DNA of 64,000 bases from Chloroflexota bacterium (GTDB lineage: Bacteria > Chloroflexota > Chloroflexia > QHBQ01): assembly GCA_043754535.1 (NCBI GenBank), contig JAYUUN010000111.1:1-64000 (forward strand). The letters are read 5' to 3'. The stretch's first letter is position 1, and the number at the start of each line of letters is the position of its first letter. This document shows positions 32,888 through 43,653 of this stretch, piece after piece. The notes under the pieces were generated by a model. It was not told the origin of the DNA. It did no database searches and was given only the letters and a program-made list of their open reading frames with translations. Both the position numbers and the translations under genes were made by a program.

Positions 32888-34174
32888 TTAGAAGGCTTTG
32901 AGCAGGGGGTCGCCGTAGAGGACAAACTCTAGCAGGGTCTTACGGTCATCGTCGTCAAGAGCGCGAAAGCGGCCCAGCATCTGGGCTGCGTACTCGTTCT
33001 TTGCGCTGGCTAGTGCCTGGCCGCTGCTCTCGCCCGCGTAGAGGTGGCGGAAGAACAGGTCGGTGAGCAGGTCGGCTTCGCTGAGCGGCGGGTCGCTGCG
33101 GCCATAGGAGGTGACGGTCGAGCCAACGAAGCAACTGACCCCTAGGCTGAGCAGTTGCAGGCAGATCGCCTCTGCTGTGCGCTTGCCGTCTATGTAAGCA
33201 CCATAGCAAGCCTCGCTGAAGACAAAGGGGGCAGTGGCGCGGATACTATCACCTATTGCAGCTAGCTGCTCTGGGTGTAGGGCATCGGGGTAGTTGTCGG
33301 GGCTGGCAAACGCTAGTTCGCGGCTCTGGCCGAACCACTGGGGGCGGTCGATCACCCCATGCAAGTTGAAGTAGATAAACCGCGCTCCTTGCAGCAGGGT
33401 GGGGCTGAAGCTGCTGGCGTTGGTAGGCGGACTGACCAGGAAACTACCATCACCGCCACCCTGCACCGTGCGGTAGATCAGGCGCGAAACCGGCTCCCAC
33501 ACGGTAGTGCTGTAGGCGAAGCTGGGGTCAGTGATCGCGGCTGCTACCGGGCGGCTGGGGTAAGTAGCAGGGCTGGGCTGGGAGCTAGCAGGCTGCTCCT
33601 CATTGCGGCGCAGGGATAGGAAGCCGCACCCACGGGGGCCAACTGCCACCGCCTGCGGCAGCGATTTGGCGGTGGCTGGTAGGGGGGGGCGGGCTTTGAT
33701 CGCCACCTGCAAGGCGGCTAGCAGCGGGCTGGCATCGGCACCGCTCACGCCCTCTGCGTCTGGCATTCGGCCCACGCGCCGCTCTGGAACGAGGTAATCA
33801 CCTTCGGCGCGGCAACCATAGGGATTGTCGCTCAACACCTCTGCGTCTACGTCGAGGACTGGACTTTCCAGGTGCCACCAGGGGATCACCTGGGGGCCAC
33901 CGAGCAGCAGCAAGTGGTCGATCTGGCCGACAGCTACCTCGATCTCGCCCAGCAGCTTGCGGATAGCGGGCGGCTGGCTGGCGTTGGCGGGCCGCAGCTT
34001 GTAGGGCAGCAGGCTGGCTGCGTCGTCCAGGTAGAGAAAGAGGGCAGGGTTGGTGGGCTGTTGCTGCTGCCAGTGTTGACGCAGCGTCTCGGCCTGGGCT
34101 GCAATGCCGTGCAAGCCAACCTCTCCATAGCGCGCCAACAACCGACTGCGGCTCGTCAGGATCAGGTTGGTCAA
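32888..34174 (-). CDS. C25 (gingipain/caspase-fold) cysteine peptidase-like protein
   Basis: LLLLGGPQVIP, VGRMPD, YFNLHG, FSEACYG, FVLYGDP. Confidence 0.7.
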   Translation of the reverse strand: MTNLILTSRSRLLARYGEVGLHGIAAQAETLRQHWQQQQPTNPALFLYLDDAASLLPYKLRPANASQPPAIRKLLGEIEVAVGQIDHLLLLGGPQVIPWWHLESPVLDVDAEVLSDNPYGCRAEGDYLVPERRVGRMPDAEGVSGADASPLLAALQVAIKARPPLPATAKSLPQAVAVGPRGCGFLSLRRNEEQPASSQPSPATYPSRPVAAAITDPSFAYSTTVWEPVSRLIYRTVQGGGDGSFLVSPPTNASSFSPTLLQGARFIYFNLHGVIDRPQWFGQSRELAFASPDNYPDALHPEQLAAIGDSIRATAPFVFSEACYGAYIDGKRTAEAICLQLLSLGVSCFVGSTVTSYGRSDPPLSEADLLTDLFFRHLYAGESSGQALASAKNEYAAQMLGRFRALDDDDRKTLLEFVLYGDPLLKAF

Positions 34175-35295
34175 GCCCCCCCTCCAACCTTCGTGGGGAA
34201 CTCTTGCAGCACAATCGCCAATGCGCCCATCACTCCCACCCGGTCGCCCAGGCTAGCCGCGACGATCTCCACCCCGCTGCGGATTTGGGGGATCGCCCGC
34301 TCGGATATTGTCTGGCGGATCGGGCCAAGTAGCATCTCACCAATGTGGCTGACCCCACCGCCGATCACGAACATCTCTGGCTGGAACAGGTGGATCAGAT
34401 TAGTCATTGCCACGCCGATGTAGAAGCCAGCGCGAGCGATCAACTCCTGCGATTCTGGTTCGCCGCGCATGGCCGCTTCCTGCACCAGGCGCGCGGTCAC
34501 CCGCTCCGACTGCATCTCGGCCAGTTCGCTAAGGATGGGGGCGTGGCCCGCCCGCACCAACTCTGCCCCCTGGCGGGCAATCGCGGTGCCGCTTGCCATC
34601 ACCTCGACGCAGCCAAAGTTGCCGCACTTACAGCGGAGGCCATTGGCTTCGACTGTCATGTGGCCGACCTCTGCACCCATCCCCTTTGAGCCGACAAACA
34701 GCCGCCCGTCAATGATGATACCGCCGCCGATGCCCGTACTGATCGTCAGGTAGATCATGTGGCGCACGGGCTGCTGGGGGCCGTAGCCCTGGCGGGTGGT
34801 GTGTGGCGTGCCAAAAACATACTCGCCAACCGCAGCGGCGTTCGCGTCGTTGGCAATCACCACTGGCAGCTTGAGGCGGTCATTGATGATGTCGCGGATT
34901 GGCACTGCATCCATGCCGGGCAGGTTAGGCGGTGAGTAGAGAATACCGCCGAAGGGGTCAATCGGCCCCGGTGCGCCGATGCCAATACCGAGGATGCGGC
35001 TCTTGTCCACGCCCACCATCACCTCGCGGATCACTCGCTCGATGCGGTTTAGCACCGGGTCACGGCCTTCGTGCGCCTCCGTCGGCAGGATCATCTCCTT
35101 GAGGATGTGGCCCTTCAGGTCGCTCAACGCGCCGAAAATCTTGGTGCCACCGAGGTCTACGCCGATGATCAGCGGGCCGCCTTCGTCCACAATGGCTGTG
35201 GCTGGCCTCGGCTGGCTGGCTTGCAAGGCTGGATGGGGGCTGGCCGCTAGTGGTTCTTGCGCCAGCGGATTATCTGTTTGCAGGTTACTTGTCAT
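34171..35295 (-). CDS. ROK family glucokinase
   Basis: GVDLGGTKI, NDANAAAVGE, GTGIGGG, EVGH, CKCGNFGCVE. Confidence 0.9.
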   Translation of the reverse strand: MTSNLQTDNPLAQEPLAASPHPALQASQPRPATAIVDEGGPLIIGVDLGGTKIFGALSDLKGHILKEMILPTEAHEGRDPVLNRIERVIREVMVGVDKSRILGIGIGAPGPIDPFGGILYSPPNLPGMDAVPIRDIINDRLKLPVVIANDANAAAVGEYVFGTPHTTRQGYGPQQPVRHMIYLTISTGIGGGIIIDGRLFVGSKGMGAEVGHMTVEANGLRCKCGNFGCVEVMASGTAIARQGAELVRAGHAPILSELAEMQSERVTARLVQEAAMRGEPESQELIARAGFYIGVAMTNLIHLFQPEMFVIGGGVSHIGEMLLGPIRQTISERAIPQIRSGVEIVAASLGDRVGVMGALAIVLQEFPTKVGGGA

Positions 35296-35396
35296 AAGTT
35301 ATCCCTTGCTAAATGAACGCTCTTTTGTGCTGATAAGTATACACCCGACCCTGATCCTTGTCAATTGGTACACCGAACAAACAAATGCAATGCTGT

Positions 35397-35426
35397 TTGA
35401 CGCGGGCGGCAACGGTTTGCTATACT
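35397..35426 (+). promoter_or_regulatory. sigma70 promoter
   Basis: TTGACG-18 nt-(TG.)TATACT. Confidence 0.6.
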
Positions 35427-35449
35427 CGTGGGGAGGGGATAGCTGAGCT

Positions 35450-35704
35450 ATGCGTTTCTTTGCACAAATCGGTCTCACTTTGCTGTTTGCTACGCTGTTC
35501 GTCTGGGCTTGCTGGTGGGCGATCAGCGGGCTAACTGGCTGGGGCGGCGCGTTGGTCTTCTGGGTTGCGCTGCTGGTTGGTGGGGTGCTAGCGGCGCAGG
35601 TTAGCTACTTGATTGCCAGGCGCATCCCGGAGCCACCCCGCGCCCCCCGCGCTACCCGCCCACCAGAGGTGGTTTGGTACGATGATGAGGAGAGTGGAGC
35701 ATGA
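35450..35704 (+). CDS. Small membrane protein (2 TM)
   Basis: Hydrophobic ORF; ATGA-coupled to next gene. Confidence 0.65.
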   Translation: MRFFAQIGLTLLFATLFVWACWWAISGLTGWGGALVFWVALLVGGVLAAQVSYLIARRIPEPPRAPRATRPPEVVWYDDEESGA

Positions 35705-36162
35705 GTATAGTAGTAGGTAACCTTGCGCCAGGATTCGGCCTGCCAGACGGGGATGGTGAACCCATCCACCTGCGCGACTTTCGTGGCAGGCTGAATGTGG
35801 TGCTGGCCTTCTACCCCTACGATTGGTCACCGGTCTGTAGCCTACAATTGCCCACCTACCAGAAGGATTTGGGCAGCTTCGTGGCAGCAGAGACGCAGGT
35901 TCTGGGTATTAGCCGCGATAGCAGTTACTCGCACGCTGCCTTCGCGAAACGGCTGGGCCTCAGCTTCCCGCTCCTCAGCGACCGCCGGGGCGAAGTCAGC
36001 GCAGCTTACGGTGTGCTGCACGCAAACGGCAGCAGCGACCGCGCTGTGTTCCTGATCGACAAAGCAGGCGTGGTGCGCTTCAAAGAGGCAGTGGACGCTA
36101 GCCAGCAGCCGGACTACGACGAACTACTGATCGCCATTGAGCAACTGATGGTAAACAGGTAG
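35701..36162 (+). CDS. Peroxiredoxin (AhpE/BCP-like redoxin)
   Basis: [29 protein letters not shown]. Confidence 0.88.
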   Translation: MSIVVGNLAPGFGLPDGDGEPIHLRDFRGRLNVVLAFYPYDWSPVCSLQLPTYQKDLGSFVAAETQVLGISRDSSYSHAAFAKRLGLSFPLLSDRRGEVSAAYGVLHANGSSDRAVFLIDKAGVVRFKEAVDASQQPDYDELLIAIEQLMVNR

Positions 36163-36179
36163 GTTGAGAGGAGCAAACG

Positions 36180-37184
36180 ATGCCGATTGGCGCGCACATG
36201 AGCGTAGCGGGGGGGTTGCACACCGCGTTCGAGCGTGGACAGCAGGCTGGTTGCGATACTATGCAGATTTTCAGCAAGAATGCTAGCCGCTGGGTGGCGA
36301 AGCCGCTGGAGGAGGAGGAGGTGGCAACCTTCCGCAGGGCGCGCGCGGCCAGCCCACTCACCCCCCTGCTTATCCACGACTCCTACCTGATCAACATGGG
36401 GACTGCTGCCGAGGAGATGTGGCAGAAGTCGATCAACGCCTTCCTGGAGGAGCTTGAGCGGGCCGATGCCCTGGGGGTGGACTACCTGGTGACGCACAGT
36501 GGGGCGCACGTAGGAGCGGGCGCGGCGGTCGGCCACCAACGATTGGCGGCGGCCCTCAACCAGATCACCAGCCAGCGCAATCCCTTGCGGCCCGACGGCA
36601 CGCCAGCGACGATGATCCTGCTTGAGACCAACGCGGGGCAGGGGTCGTGCCTCTGCCGCAGCTTCGCAGAGATGGCCGAGGTGTTTGGGCGGCTGAGCGA
36701 GCCAGAGCAGGTCGCTATCTGCTTCGACACCTGCCACGTCTTCGCCAGCGGCTACGATATGCGAACGCCAGCAGGCTACACCGCGACCATGGCCGAGTTC
36801 GACCGCCTGATCGGGCTAGACAAGCTGCGCGCCTTCCACGTCAACGACTCGCTCAAGGGGGTGGGCAGCCTGGTGGATCGCCACGCGCATATTGGGCAGG
36901 GCGAACTGGGCCTGAGCTTCTTCCACGCCCTGGTCAATGACCCCCGCTTCAAGCAGGTGCCAATGATCCTTGAAACCGAGAAGGACGAGACGATGAGCGA
37001 GGATGTGGCAAACCTGGCTGTGCTGCGCGCCCTGGTTGGCTGCGAGGCTAACGAGCTGGCAGCGGTGCAAGCCCTGGCGATGCAGACCGGGGTGGCCGAG
37101 TCGCAAAAGAGGGCGGCAGCAAAGGCGAAGAAGGCGCGGGGCGGCAAGGCGGTGACGGATGAGGCAGAGCAGGAGGTTCTCTAA
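36180..37184 (+). CDS. nfo: Endonuclease IV
   Basis: GAHMSVAGG, HDSYLIN, LETNAGQG, DTCHVFASGYD, DRHAHIG. Confidence 0.95.
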   Translation: MPIGAHMSVAGGLHTAFERGQQAGCDTMQIFSKNASRWVAKPLEEEEVATFRRARAASPLTPLLIHDSYLINMGTAAEEMWQKSINAFLEELERADALGVDYLVTHSGAHVGAGAAVGHQRLAAALNQITSQRNPLRPDGTPATMILLETNAGQGSCLCRSFAEMAEVFGRLSEPEQVAICFDTCHVFASGYDMRTPAGYTATMAEFDRLIGLDKLRAFHVNDSLKGVGSLVDRHAHIGQGELGLSFFHALVNDPRFKQVPMILETEKDETMSEDVANLAVLRALVGCEANELAAVQALAMQTGVAESQKRAAAKAKKARGGKAVTDEAEQEVL

Positions 37185-37246
37185 GGCGAACACGCCCCAC
37201 ACCCGTTGTGCTAAGGGACAGCAGATTGACGGTCAGTGCGGACTGC

Positions 37247-38011
37247 TTATTGCGCTTCCTCCTTCTCTGGCTCGGTCGGTACTTCGCTGGCTGGTTCGCT
37301 GGCCTCGGCCATTACCTTTGGCCGCTCCCAGTCCAGGTTCTCGCCGTAACCCAGGGTGGCGAGATGTGTGTCGTCGTTGTACTTACGCAGCCGCCATTGA
37401 GCCTGCTCAAAGCGGGTGTGCTGCTCCCACCAGGTAATCGCCGTGTTGTGGGTGTAGAAGCCGACTGGTGGCAGGCTGGCTCCGCTCAGCTTGAAGAAGT
37501 AGATGAACGATGCACCGATCAAGCCCCCATGCGTGACTAGAACTATCGTCTTGCCCTGGTGTTCGCGCAAGATGCGGTCGAGCGCGCGAGTGCAGCGGTA
37601 GACAAAGCTGGCCCAGCTTTCGCCGCCGGGGTCAACCTCCTGGAAGGGGTGGGTGGCAAAGTCCACCCGCGAGTAGAGGCGGTGGGCCTCCTCAATACTC
37701 ATGCCGTCAGCCACACCAGGGCGCAGTTCGTGGAGTTCGTCGTCGAAGATGATCTCGCTGCCGAGAGCGGGGGCGATGATCTCCGCAGTCTGTTTTGCCC
37801 GTGGCAGGGTACTGGCGATCAGCACGTCCGGTCGTAGCTCTGCACTGAAGCGCAAGCGGTCACGCAGAGCCTCCGCCTGCTGTACGCCGAGGGGGGTGAG
37901 GCCGCGATCCCCCTTCATGCCACCGACGATTGGCTCCACGTTAGCGAAAGCCTGGCCGTGGCGGATCAGGTACAGTTTGGTCAGCGTTGCGCTCGCTGTA
38001 TGGTTGGTCAT
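37247..38011 (-). CDS. Histidine phosphatase family protein
   Basis: LIRHGQA, STLPRAKQTA, VTHGG. Confidence 0.9.
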   Translation of the reverse strand: MTNHTASATLTKLYLIRHGQAFANVEPIVGGMKGDRGLTPLGVQQAEALRDRLRFSAELRPDVLIASTLPRAKQTAEIIAPALGSEIIFDDELHELRPGVADGMSIEEAHRLYSRVDFATHPFQEVDPGGESWASFVYRCTRALDRILREHQGKTIVLVTHGGLIGASFIYFFKLSGASLPPVGFYTHNTAITWWEQHTRFEQAQWRLRKYNDDTHLATLGYGENLDWERPKVMAEASEPASEVPTEPEKEEAQ

Positions 38012-38083
38012 CGCCCCTCCTTAATTATAGCAGGCAAGCGGAAGGGCGCGAGTAGTCGCGGCCTCTGGGTAGCTTCGTCTGGC

Positions 38084-40234
38084 TCAGCCCTTCAGTTTCT
38101 TCTTCTTGCCGCTTACATAGTCGTGTAGGATGTACTCGCCGAGATGTTCGGGGCTGGCATAGAAGGCGCGCCCCTTGTTCAGCTTGCTCATTTTGTTGAT
38201 GAAGCTGGTAAGGTAGGGCGATTGCTCTAGCATGAAGGTGTTGATCACGATGCCGTCCTTCGTGCAGCGATTGACTTCGAGCAGGGTCAGTTCCTCGGTG
38301 CGACGGTCGGGCGGGTAGTTGAAGTAGGGATAGGTGAAATCGCCCGGCTCAAAGTGGGCGGTTGGTTCGCCGTCGGTGATCACAATGATTTGCTTGTTGG
38401 CCGTTTTACGACGGCTGAGGAGTTGACGGGCCAGGATCAGGGCGTGTTGCAGGTTAGTACCCTGCTGGTAGTCGTTGATCGAGAGGGTGGGCAACTCGTC
38501 TGGCTTGATCTCGTGGGCATAGGCAGAGAAGCCGATGATGTAGAGGTCGTCGCGGGGGAACTGACCCTTGATCAGGCTGTGTAGGGCAATCGCCACCTTC
38601 TTGGCGGCGGCGAAGCACTGGCGCAGCAGCATCGAGCGGCTCATGTCCACCAGCAGCACAGTAGAGGAGGTGGTCATCAATTCGGTGCGGTATACCTCAA
38701 AGTCGTCTGGGTGCAGAGCCACCGGGCTGCCACGCCCCTGCCGCTCCACCGCGTTCATCACCGTCTTCTTCAGGTCGAGCAGGAAGGGGTCACCATAGGT
38801 ATAACGCTTGGTGTCGTCGGTGCGTTCGCCGCCCACCCCGCGCTTCTGGGCTGCATGGTTGCCAAAGCGATCCTTCCGCAGTTGGGCGAAGATGTCCTTG
38901 AGAGCCTTCTGCCCAATGCGGCGGATGCCTCTCGCGGTCAGTTCGTAGCGTTCACCGTTCTTTTGGATGTAGCCAGCTTCCTCAAGCATCTTGGTTAGCT
39001 GCTTAAGCTGATCAAGACGGTTCTGCGCCTCTGGCCCCAACAGGTCGCCGAAGCGTTCGCTGTCAACCTGGCTAAGGTCACCGCTGTACTGCGCCTCACG
39101 CAGTTGCTCCTCGGCCTCGTCCAGCCCCTGCAACTGGCCCATCAAGTCCATCGCCTGGTCGAGTGACAACGACTCGCTACCGCTGAACTGGTAGCTACTG
39201 GGGTCAATGGGGGATAGCATATCGAGGTAGGCACCTGTTTGGGCCAAATCCCAGGCGAGGCGGTCATCTTGCAAGAGGTCGTTCATCATCTGCTGAAGCT
39301 CGGCGCGCTGCTCTGGCGACATACTAGCCATCATCGCGGCCATACGCGCCCGCTGCTGCTGCATGTATGCAATCAGTTCGTCCAGGCTATTGATCTCGTC
39401 GGGGAAGAAGTGGCCGTGCTTGGCCTTGAACGCCTGGAAGTCTGGCTCAACACCTTGCGATTTCTGCTGAAGCATCTGGTTGAGGTCTTTGACCATCGCG
39501 CGCATGGCGGCCATTTCTTCGGGGGTCATGTTCTGGATTTGCTGCTTGATGCCCGCGAACTGGGCCTGCATGACCTGGTTCTTGAGCATCTCCTTCAGTT
39601 CCTCAAACTTCTGGCGTGCGTCAGCGTCCATAAACTCGTAGTCGCTCAGTTGCTTGATCTGCCCTGGCACATCCTCTGGCAGGTCGTTGAGGAACTGCTG
39701 CTTGCGCTGTGCCATGCGCTCTAGGAGCTTGCTGAAGTCCGGTTGTCCACCTTGCTGACCTCGCTCACCCTGCTGGCCTTGCTCACCTTGCTCACCTTGC
39801 TCACCATACTGACCCTGCTGACCCTGCTGACTCTGTTCGCCCTGGGGTTTCTGTTCGCCCTGTTGGCCCTGGGGTTTCTGTTCGCCCTTCGACTCGTCAA
39901 CCCGGCGTTGGATGCCCTCGCGCTCCGCCTTCTTGATCTCATCCAGCTTCTGACGGATATCGTTCATCACCGAGTCCATGTTGTACTGGCGTTGCTGGGC
40001 CTTGCGCTGCTGGCGGATACGCTCCATCAGTTGCTTCAGCCCCTCCATCCGCTCACCGTTTGGCCCCATCTGGCCGTCGCGCTGCATCTTATTGAGGGCA
40101 GAACGGAGATTGCCGTCGTTCATCAACTCATCGGACATGAGTTCCATCAGGTCGTCGGCGGTGAAGGGGTTGACCTGCTGGCTACCATCCCACTCTGAAT
40201 AGCGATAGTCTCTGTTGTAATCGTATCTTTCCAT
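38084..40234 (-). CDS. VWA-domain protein (partner of AAA+ chelatase-like ATPase)
   Basis: LVDMSRSM MIDAS, GTNLQHAL, ITDGEPTAH. Confidence 0.88.
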   Translation of the reverse strand: MERYDYNRDYRYSEWDGSQQVNPFTADDLMELMSDELMNDGNLRSALNKMQRDGQMGPNGERMEGLKQLMERIRQQRKAQQRQYNMDSVMNDIRQKLDEIKKAEREGIQRRVDESKGEQKPQGQQGEQKPQGEQSQQGQQGQYGEQGEQGEQGQQGERGQQGGQPDFSKLLERMAQRKQQFLNDLPEDVPGQIKQLSDYEFMDADARQKFEELKEMLKNQVMQAQFAGIKQQIQNMTPEEMAAMRAMVKDLNQMLQQKSQGVEPDFQAFKAKHGHFFPDEINSLDELIAYMQQQRARMAAMMASMSPEQRAELQQMMNDLLQDDRLAWDLAQTGAYLDMLSPIDPSSYQFSGSESLSLDQAMDLMGQLQGLDEAEEQLREAQYSGDLSQVDSERFGDLLGPEAQNRLDQLKQLTKMLEEAGYIQKNGERYELTARGIRRIGQKALKDIFAQLRKDRFGNHAAQKRGVGGERTDDTKRYTYGDPFLLDLKKTVMNAVERQGRGSPVALHPDDFEVYRTELMTTSSTVLLVDMSRSMLLRQCFAAAKKVAIALHSLIKGQFPRDDLYIIGFSAYAHEIKPDELPTLSINDYQQGTNLQHALILARQLLSRRKTANKQIIVITDGEPTAHFEPGDFTYPYFNYPPDRRTEELTLLEVNRCTKDGIVINTFMLEQSPYLTSFINKMSKLNKGRAFYASPEHLGEYILHDYVSGKKKKLKG
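39745..39890 (-). repeat. Gln/Gly/Glu low-complexity linker repeats in the VWA protein
   Basis: GEQKPQGQQGEQKPQGEQSQQGQQGQYGEQGEQGEQGQQ. Confidence 0.8.
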
Positions 40235-40404
40235 GATCGTTGCGCTTTCTATGTAGACTTACTGCCAGCAGTGTGTAAAAGCGGGTAGAGAGATGTGGAT
40301 AGGGTGGGTACTCTTGCCAAATTGGTGGCTGTCAAGCAGGGCGGGTAGCTCACCCGCCCCACTTACTGGCTGCCGCTCACCAGTAGAGGGAACAGCAGTT
40401 GCGA

Positions 40405-41802
40405 TCAGCGACGGTAGCGAGCGCGGCCTTCGGCCTTGTCCTTGTTGAGGCGGCGGTTGAGGTGCAAGCCCTCAAGCACAAACTCGACGGCGGCAGCAAT
40501 GGCGGCGGGGTTGCCCTGGGCGTGCAGCTTGGCGACGGCGGTCTTCAATCCTTCAACGTTGCTAGCTTGCTTGACATACTCCATCACTGGCATCAGATCG
40601 CCGGTCTCCATGCGGGTGCCACCCTCGAAGCCGCGTACGATATCCTCAAATTGGCCCGCGTTGAAGGTGCGGTTGAAGACGTTGAGGATCGCGCCTTGCA
40701 GCAGCTTCTCCAATACCTTCTCCTCGCGCCCGTCACCGCTGCTCTCAAGCTCTACCTTGCCGCTGGTAGAGGCAATCACCGAGGGGAGGTCGCTGACGCG
40801 CGGGGCAACCTGCTTCTCGTTGAGGCGCACAGCCCGCAGCATGGCGTGGCTGATCAGGTTCTCGTAGTTGGCGATAGACATACGCACGCTCACGCCCGAA
40901 CGCTGGTTCACATCGGGCGATTTACGGGCCAGGTGGGTAAACTCGGCGATGATCTCCTTCATGAAGGCAGGCACCGCCAGGCTGTAGCCTTCTACTGCGA
41001 AGTTGTAGCTCTCGCGCTCCATGATGTCGATCTCGTGGGCGAGAGTGCGCGGATAGTGAGTGCGAATCTCGCTGCCGAAGCGATCCTTCAGCGGGGTGAC
41101 GATCCGACCACGGTTAGTGTAGTCCTCTGGATTTGCGCTGGCAACCACAAAGATGTCCAGGTCGAGGCGCACCTTGTAGCCGCGAATCTGCACGTCGCGT
41201 TCTTCCATAATGTTGAGCAGACCAACCTGGATGCGCTCGGCGAGGTCGGGCAGTTCGTTGAGGCAGAACACCCCACGATTGGTGCGCGGCACCAGGCCAT
41301 AGCTGATCGTCAGTTCGTCGCTCAGGTAGCGGCCCTCGGCCACCTTGATCGGGTCAACTTCGCCGATCAGGTCAGCGATGGTGATGTCGGGGGTTGCTAG
41401 CTTCTCGCCATAACGGGCGGCGCGGGGCAGCCAGTCAATCGGGGTGTCGTCGCCGCACTCTGCGAGGATGCGATGAGCGTTGGGGGAGACAGGGCGCATG
41501 GGGTCGTCATTCAGTTCGCTGCCGCGGATGACCGGCACTTCCTCATCCAGCAGGTTGATCAGGCTGCGGGCGATGCGCGTCTTGGCCTGGCCGCGTTCGC
41601 CGAGCAACACGATGTCCTGACCCGACATGATCGCGTTTTCGACCTGGGGGATCACCGAATCCTCATAGCCGACGATACCAGGGAAGATTTCGCTCCCCTC
41701 CCGAATCTTCTTGATCAGGTTCTTCCGCATCTCCTCTTTGACGGTCAGCGGCTTGTAACCCTGGGCTTTCAATTCACCAAGTGTGGTGGCTTTCTGATCC
41801 AC
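40405..41802 (-). CDS. AAA+ ATPase, magnesium chelatase subunit I-like
   Basis: GERGQAKTR, NELPDL, SANPEDYTNRGRI, DRFGSEIRTHYP. Confidence 0.88.
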   Translation of the reverse strand: MDQKATTLGELKAQGYKPLTVKEEMRKNLIKKIREGSEIFPGIVGYEDSVIPQVENAIMSGQDIVLLGERGQAKTRIARSLINLLDEEVPVIRGSELNDDPMRPVSPNAHRILAECGDDTPIDWLPRAARYGEKLATPDITIADLIGEVDPIKVAEGRYLSDELTISYGLVPRTNRGVFCLNELPDLAERIQVGLLNIMEERDVQIRGYKVRLDLDIFVVASANPEDYTNRGRIVTPLKDRFGSEIRTHYPRTLAHEIDIMERESYNFAVEGYSLAVPAFMKEIIAEFTHLARKSPDVNQRSGVSVRMSIANYENLISHAMLRAVRLNEKQVAPRVSDLPSVIASTSGKVELESSGDGREEKVLEKLLQGAILNVFNRTFNAGQFEDIVRGFEGGTRMETGDLMPVMEYVKQASNVEGLKTAVAKLHAQGNPAAIAAAVEFVLEGLHLNRRLNKDKAEGRARYRR

Positions 41803-41909
41803 TAGTGGTCTGCTCCTCTACTATGTGCTAAAGTTATGTGTTAGTAAGTGATGATGTGATCGGCTGGAGACGGCTGATCTGGTTGGAACGTATACAGCCG
41901 TCTCCACTA

Positions 41910-42794
41910 CTATAGCTTGAACTTGTTGATCGCATCCTTGACCGCGCCGATGCTCCGCACACCGAGGCTACACAGTTCGGTGATGTAGGCTTCGCGCTTG
42001 TCCAGATCAGCGGTGAACTGCTCTGCGCTCTGCCCTGTCTTCTGGGCGAGGATCGGTAGGGCGGCGGTCAGGTCGATCTCGTGGTGGTCGGTGGCCTGCT
42101 GCCACTCGGCGAGCGGGGTGAGCAGTAGCCGCCCCTTGTCGTCGAGGCTAACGGTGTGGCCGGTGGCGACCCGGCGCACGACTGCCCCGTTGCCATAGGG
42201 CATATCGTACTCGTCGAGGATCATGCGGCCAGTGCGAGCGTTGTAGACACGGATGATAAAGAGCAAGCCAAACTGGGCGATCTCAGCAGCAGCAATACCA
42301 AGCTCTGTGCCAAGCTGGGCGACCGCTTCCTCGGCGGTATTGGCGTGCATGGTCGCGCCGACAGCGTAGCCTGAGAGTTGCAGGTTGAGCATCCGCTGCG
42401 CCTTGTTGCCCCAACAGTAGGTCGGCAGGTGGTTGCTCATCTCGTTGACCAGCAACCAGGACTTGGGGGGTGTACCCTTGCCGTCACGCTCAAACTGGAA
42501 GTTCTCGTACATCCCACGCAGGTAGACGCGTCGCTCGGCCTGGGGGATGAAGTCGAGGAAGGCGGTGAGGGTGGTACTCTTGCCTGCCATCGGGGGTTCG
42601 CTGCTAAAGAGGATACTTTGATGGGCAGCCATCATCTGCCAGGCCAGGGCGATCAAGCGGGCGTTCATGCTACCCGACTCCATGATCTGCACGACCGAAA
42701 GCGGTACTGGTGGTGACCAATGCCCGCCCCACCAGCCGAAGGGGTCGCTGTAATCCTCAAAGAGGCGTTGTCTGCTGATGTAATACCTATCCAT
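41910..42794 (-). CDS. Short type II/IV secretion ATPase-like P-loop protein
   Basis: SEPPMAGKSTT Walker A variant, LLVNEM, ATMHA His-box; GAGGAGG RBS. Confidence 0.65.
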   Translation of the reverse strand: MDRYYISRQRLFEDYSDPFGWWGGHWSPPVPLSVVQIMESGSMNARLIALAWQMMAAHQSILFSSEPPMAGKSTTLTAFLDFIPQAERRVYLRGMYENFQFERDGKGTPPKSWLLVNEMSNHLPTYCWGNKAQRMLNLQLSGYAVGATMHANTAEEAVAQLGTELGIAAAEIAQFGLLFIIRVYNARTGRMILDEYDMPYGNGAVVRRVATGHTVSLDDKGRLLLTPLAEWQQATDHHEIDLTAALPILAQKTGQSAEQFTADLDKREAYITELCSLGVRSIGAVKDAINKFKL

Positions 42795-42835
42795 TACATC
42801 CTCCTCTATACACTTTGGGTGGGCCAATAAGCCAT

Positions 42836-43288
42836 TTACTGCGCGGCGGTCAGGTGAACCTGTGGCAGGGTACTGAAGTCGAACTCGGCAATGCGCTGGG
42901 GGCCAAGGGCCAGCATCTGGGCCTGGACTGCCTCTGCATCGGCAATCAACACAGCAACCTCTACGCCCATGCAGCGCGGGGCGAAGGGGCGCAAGTAGTT
43001 GAGGGCGTTGATCATCAGGCGGGTTGCGCCAACGTAGTTGCCGAAGCGCAGGTGATGGAAACTGACCCCTACCTGCAAGATGCCCTGATAGAGATAGCGG
43101 ACGTTGGCCCGCTCCTCGCGCCAGATGTCCTCCAGCGTCTCGTGGCACTCAAAGTATTCACCCTGGTTGAACTGGGTGATGCCCGCAAGCAGGCCGGGCG
43201 GCGGCTGGTCGCCACAGGTCGCGCCGCTATCAGAGCCAGGCAGGCTGGTGGGACGACCGTTGATGAAAGCGGGAAGTCTGTCGGGCAT
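42836..43288 (-). CDS. DUF309 family protein
   Basis: FNQGEYFECHETLEDIW, YQGILQVGV. Confidence 0.88.
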   Translation of the reverse strand: MPDRLPAFINGRPTSLPGSDSGATCGDQPPPGLLAGITQFNQGEYFECHETLEDIWREERANVRYLYQGILQVGVSFHHLRFGNYVGATRLMINALNYLRPFAPRCMGVEVAVLIADAEAVQAQMLALGPQRIAEFDFSTLPQVHLTAAQ

Positions 43289-43518
43289 GGGCAGCACCTG
43301 GGTGGGTTGAGCGATCCTCACCGTGCCTTCGCAGTATAACAGATCAAAATATGGCTGACAAGCCAAACCCCTATCTGCCCTCAACGCTAACAGCTTTCTA
43401 ACGTGTGTTGTGGGCAAGTAGATGGAGAGTAGCTCTGCACGACCTAGCAGATGGACTCGTCTGCGGGGCTTGCAGAAGCCGCCGAAAGTTGTTATAATTT
43501 GCAACACAAGTTACGGAC

Positions 43519-43595
<77 letters not shown>

Positions 43596-43653
43596 CTTCT
43601 GTCAGCCTGGCGCACCTTGCGTCAGGCCATCTTTTTGCCAGCGAGGATTGCTA

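Noticed and set aside
42795..43507. Long N-terminal extensions of the ORF-track calls 41910-43148 and 42836-43507
   Set aside because: They overlap another gene or the tRNA promoter and contain upstream TTA codons; downstream ATG starts fit better
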